From positions 295,843 to 359,842 of the forward strand of contig JACPNR010000009.1 of the NCBI GenBank assembly GCA_016185395.1: DNA of 64,000 nt, read 5' to 3'. This DNA comes from Candidatus Korobacter versatilis. Lineage in GTDB: Bacteria; Acidobacteriota; Terriglobia; Terriglobales; Acidobacteriaceae. Below, in pieces: positions 59,063-64,000 of the stretch; within the stretch, counting starts at the first letter, position 1; each line of letters starts with the position of its first letter. Below the pieces are notes generated by a model that saw nothing but the letters and a program-made list of their open reading frames with translations, had not been told where the DNA came from and did not search any database. The translations under genes and the position numbers were made by a program.

Positions 59063-59989
59063 CTACCTTTGCATGCCTTCGGGAGTGAAGACGACGACGC
59101 GGCGCTGGTTCTCGGAGCCGAGTTGCGGCAGCGCCTTGCCGTTGTGCGATATCTCGACGCCGCCGGCGTTGCCCAAGACCAGCTTCACACGCTTCTGCGC
59201 GTGGATGGAAACGGCGTGGTCGGTGGACTTCATCTGCACTTCCTTGGCCGGCTGGTCGTCGGTGGTGTAGCTGATCCAGGCGTCCTGCTTGGCCCGGACC
59301 TCGAGCAGGAAGCCGCCGGCGAGCGTGGCGGCACCATCTTTTTTCAGTTCGGGCTTCAGTTCGGGCGTGGTGGCCTTGGCATTGGTCGCAGCAGACGGAT
59401 CTGCGGCGGCGGAATCCGTGCCCGTGGTGGTGGCATCCGGCGAAGCGGGCGCGTTCGGGTCAGCAGCGGGAGTCGCTGCCTGCGCCGGCGGCGGCGCGGG
59501 CGTGCTGACGATGGCCGGCGGAGGTTGTTCCGCGACCTTCTGGTTCTGATACCAGCGCCATCCGGCGAAGCCGCCCATGCCGAGCAGCGCGAGCAGCGCG
59601 AGCGCGACCCAGGGGCCACTGCTCGAGTCATCGCGGATGGTGGTGTGCTCGGACTGCACGTTGGCGGAAGGATTGGGCAGCGGCTGCTCGTCCTCGCCGG
59701 AAGCGGTGAGGTAGTCGGCGACGGCCTGCTCTTCGTCGATGCCGAGATACTTGGCGTAGGCGCGGACGAAGCCCTTATTGAAGATGCCGCCGGGAAGCTG
59801 GTCGAAGTCTTCCTCTTCGAGCGCGCGCAGGCTGCGCGTGCCGATCTTGGTGGAGGTAGCGATCTCTTCGAGCGTGATGCCGCGCATCTCGCGCTCGCGC
59901 TGCAATCTTTGGCCGAACGAGCCCATGGATGGCGTTCCCTGAAAGAGTTTTTCGGCTGGGGGAATTTTTGGTAGAAGCGCGCTCATCAT
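59063..59989 (-). CDS. RodZ-like protein (N-terminal HTH, TM segment, Pro/Ala-rich spacer, C-terminal beta domain)
   Basis: FGQRLQREREMRGITLEEIATSTKIGTRSLRALEEEDFDQLPGGIFNKGFVRAYAKYLG and TM WVALALLALLGMGGFAGW. The start may instead be ATG 59926. Confidence 0.75.
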   Translation of the reverse strand: MMSALLPKIPPAEKLFQGTPSMGSFGQRLQREREMRGITLEEIATSTKIGTRSLRALEEEDFDQLPGGIFNKGFVRAYAKYLGIDEEQAVADYLTASGEDEQPLPNPSANVQSEHTTIRDDSSSGPWVALALLALLGMGGFAGWRWYQNQKVAEQPPPAIVSTPAPPPAQAATPAADPNAPASPDATTTGTDSAAADPSAATNAKATTPELKPELKKDGAATLAGGFLLEVRAKQDAWISYTTDDQPAKEVQMKSTDHAVSIHAQKRVKLVLGNAGGVEISHNGKALPQLGSENQRRVVVFTPEGMQR

Positions 59990-60194
59990 AGGTTCGTTCG
60001 CGCGCGGGAGTCAAAGGAAAAACGGGCGTAAGCGCCGCCTGAGCAAGGACTTTGCCGCGTCCTTCTTGGCGACTAGGGGTTGTTACCTAAGTCGAAACTC
60101 GGGCCTCGGGTTGGTTGCTGGGGAAGCAAATCGTGCATATAATACGCGCCACTTGGCGTCCCCTCGCTCGACCCTTGTGCGCCAGGCACCTGGC

Positions 60195-61247
60195 ATGACT
60201 GAAGCAGCCGGAACCGACCGCAGACGCGAGCTCCAGGAACTGACCATCTTCCACGACGTGGCGAAGGCGCTGACGTCGTCGTTGAACCTCGACTCCGTGC
60301 TGCAGACGATCATGGAGAAGATCTCGGAGTACTTCCGGCCGGACACGTGGTCGCTGCTGATGGTGGACGAGAACAAGGACGAACTCTACTTCGCCATCGC
60401 CGTTGGTCCCGCGGCAGACACGCTGAAGGCGCTGCGCCTGAAGGTGGGCGAAGGCATTACCGGCTGGGTGGCGAAGCACGGCGAGTCGCTCATCGTGCCG
60501 GACGTCTACACCGACCCGCGTTTTGCCAAGCGCATCGACGAGATGACGAAATGGCAGACGCGCTCGATCATCTGCATCCCGCTGAAGTCGAAGCACCGGA
60601 CGCTGGGAGTGATCCAGCTCATCAATTGCGACGTCAATAATTTCTCGGACAACGAGATGTTCTTCCTGCACGCGCTGTGCGATTACGCCGCCATCGCGGT
60701 GGATAACGCGCGCGCGGTCGAGCGCATCCAGGAACTGACGATCACGGATGACGTCACGGGACTGTATAACGCGCGCCATCTCTATAAGACGCTCGAGGCG
60801 GAGGTCTACCGCTCGGCGCGCTTCGGCTACCAGTTCACCGTGATCTTCCTCGACCTCGACCACTTCAAGCTGGTCAACGACACGCACGGGCATCTCGTCG
60901 GCTCGAAGCTGCTCGCCGAGATCGGCTTCAAGGTCAAGGCGCAACTGCGGCTCATCGATTTCGCGTTTCGCTACGGTGGTGACGAGTTCGTGGTGCTGCT
61001 GCCGCAGACGGGGAAAGATTCCGGCCTGGTGGTGGCCAAGCGCCTGCGCGACGGCTTCCGCGGCGCGACTTTCCTCAACGACGAGAACCTGCACATCAAC
61101 GTGCGCTGCTCGATCGGCATGGCGACGTATCCGGAAGACGCGAAGAGCGCGCACGAGATCATCCGCCAGGCGGACGAGATGATGTACATGGTGAAGAACT
61201 CGACGCGCGACAACATCGCGGTGGCGCAGCAGGGGATGGTGAAGTAA
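60195..61247 (+). CDS. GAF-domain diguanylate cyclase (GGDEF)
   Basis: GAF segment GEGITGWVAKHGESLIVPDVYTDPRF and active-site RYGGDEF. Start set at ATG 60195. Confidence 0.88.
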   Translation: MTEAAGTDRRRELQELTIFHDVAKALTSSLNLDSVLQTIMEKISEYFRPDTWSLLMVDENKDELYFAIAVGPAADTLKALRLKVGEGITGWVAKHGESLIVPDVYTDPRFAKRIDEMTKWQTRSIICIPLKSKHRTLGVIQLINCDVNNFSDNEMFFLHALCDYAAIAVDNARAVERIQELTITDDVTGLYNARHLYKTLEAEVYRSARFGYQFTVIFLDLDHFKLVNDTHGHLVGSKLLAEIGFKVKAQLRLIDFAFRYGGDEFVVLLPQTGKDSGLVVAKRLRDGFRGATFLNDENLHINVRCSIGMATYPEDAKSAHEIIRQADEMMYMVKNSTRDNIAVAQQGMVK

Positions 61248-61275
61248 GTCCAGTCCGTGCTCTTGCCTTTGGTTT

Positions 61276-61377
61276 ACATCCCGAGCGGAGCGAGGGATCC
61301 CTACCTCCGCGAAAACCTAGCAGGGACTCACCAGAGATCCTTCCTGTTATCGGGCTTCCTCGCTTCGCTCGGAATGT
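61276..61377. repeat. 20-nt inverted repeat (long hairpin) between convergent genes
   Basis: ACATCCCGAGCGGAGCGAGG (61276-61295) pairs with CCTCGCTTCGCTCGGAATGT (61358-61377): 18 Watson-Crick pairs, 1 G-T and 1 mismatch. Confidence 0.7.
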
Positions 61378-61394
61378 AAGCAAGACAGAAGACG

Positions 61395-62369
61395 CTACTT
61401 GCGCTTGTCCAGCACCGGGCTTTTCGTGGTGCCGGTATCGGTGCGCTGCTGCGGGGCGGGACGCCAGGCGGCGTCGTTGCGCGGAGCGGTCTGGTCCACT
61501 CCGAAATCCCACACGTACAGGTTCATCTCTTTAGGGTTGAGCATCTCGACGATGGCGTACTCGCCGGGCGCGAGCGGCGCGGCGGGCGTGACTTTTACCC
61601 ATCCGCCGGAGACGGGCTCCTGGCGCACGGCGACCCAGTTCCCTTGCTGGCTCACCTTGCCGGTGAGCGCGATCTTCAGGTTGCCGACCACCCTGGTGTT
61701 CTTCTTTCCTAGTACGCGGACGATGCGGAAACGATCGGGGGACTGGTCGGGATCGGGTGCGGGCTTCTTCGCGTCCGAGCCAGCATCGGCGTTATCCAGC
61801 GCGACGTTCAGATAGAAGACCGGCTGGGCGGCGTGGGCCTGGACGCGGGCGCGCGTTCCCTTCAACTCGATGCTCTGCTTCACGGAGGCAAACGGGTTGA
61901 TGGCCGCGCGCAGGATGTTCTTGCCGCGGTCGGCGTTGATCTCGCCCGAGTCCTGCACCATCTCGACCAGGGATGGCTCGCCATGGAAAGGATCGAGCAG
62001 GTAGACGCCACCGTCGTAGGGCAGCTTGAGGCCGGGCGCGACTTGGGGAGTCTTCGCTTCTTCCGCTTTCTTCTCGGCTTCTTCCTCGGCGGAGAGCTGC
62101 ATCACCTCGCGGGAGACGCCGCGGGGATGGTCCTTCTCCCCGTTTTTGGTGGCGGTCCAGTCCACCATCGCGTTGGGCAGCTCCTCCCACATGGAGCGTT
62201 CGGCGGAGTAGTAGCGGACGCGGTCGCCCTTGACTTCCCACTTGGTGGCCGTCTGGTAGGAGCCGTCTTTGAGGACGAGGCGCTTCGTGCCGCGCGCCGC
62301 CTCTTGTGCGAACGTAACGGCGGCGGCCATCACCGCCAAGAGCAGCGCGTATTGGAGGAAACGTCGCAT
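61395..62369 (-). CDS. Exported hypothetical protein
   Basis: Signal peptide MRRFLQYALLLAVMAAAVTFAQEA. Coding-like composition; no family recognised. Confidence 0.65.
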   Translation of the reverse strand: MRRFLQYALLLAVMAAAVTFAQEAARGTKRLVLKDGSYQTATKWEVKGDRVRYYSAERSMWEELPNAMVDWTATKNGEKDHPRGVSREVMQLSAEEEAEKKAEEAKTPQVAPGLKLPYDGGVYLLDPFHGEPSLVEMVQDSGEINADRGKNILRAAINPFASVKQSIELKGTRARVQAHAAQPVFYLNVALDNADAGSDAKKPAPDPDQSPDRFRIVRVLGKKNTRVVGNLKIALTGKVSQQGNWVAVRQEPVSGGWVKVTPAAPLAPGEYAIVEMLNPKEMNLYVWDFGVDQTAPRNDAAWRPAPQQRTDTGTTKSPVLDKRK

Positions 62370-62394
62370 GGTGTGCGGGTACTCAGTTTAGATG

Positions 62395-64000
<1,606 letters not shown>

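Overview
GC-rich bacterial chromosomal segment. The protein repertoire (fused E1 alpha/beta dehydrogenase, YVTN propellers, many exported hypotheticals, Ala/Pro-rich linkers) suggests an Acidobacteriota-like soil bacterium, but that is inference only. All family calls come from motifs I read by eye in the ORF-track translations; no searches were run. I can support about 57 protein genes. I see no rRNA, tRNA, CRISPR array, transposase or integrase.

Layout:
- 1-11.4 kb: metabolism and housekeeping. CrtI-like oxidoreductase, GcvT-family protein, DoxX, cytochrome c, fused E1 alpha/beta, HAD phosphatase, an NfnAB/GltD-like pair, uvrB.
- 12.2-40.3 kb: a signalling island of about 28 kb.
  - A 12-gene, overlap-coupled, Pil-Chp/Frz-like chemosensory operon on the minus strand (cheY-cheW-mcp-cheR-hybrid cheA-cheB-cheW-cheW-pseudoreceiver/DUF4388-REC-exported propeller).
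  - An uncharacterised 3-gene operon.
  - A cytoplasmic GAF/PAS histidine kinase, a stand-alone receiver and a sigma-54 activator.
  - A second, classical che operon on the plus strand (tonB_C-mcp-cheW-cheR-cheA-cheB-cheY-cheX).
- 40.4-64 kb: mixed housekeeping. This includes ku, an S9 peptidase broken by a single in-frame TAG, a D-aminoacylase-like protein, a cyclase-family fusion, tsaC-like, trmH-like, rarA, an AT-rich Fic islet, STAS, a beta-lactamase-family hydrolase, a RodZ-like protein, a GAF-GGDEF protein and partial pyrG.

Main hunt result: three GG-N10-GC sigma-54-type promoters (one a perfect TGGCAC-N5-TTGCA). Each lies 85-150 bp downstream of the same 15-bp palindrome GTCTCA-N3-TGAGAC, and all three surround the NtrC-type activator. 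This points to a self-contained regulon coupling both chemosensory systems with the unknown 3-gene operon.

Other points worth follow-up:
- A roughly 450-nt hairpin-rich non-coding block with a 22-nt long-range inverted repeat upstream of pyrG.
- A phased 11-bp repeat array next to the Fic islet.
- An uncharacterised domain present both in a small exported protein and as a low-GC C-terminal fusion on the cyclase-family protein.
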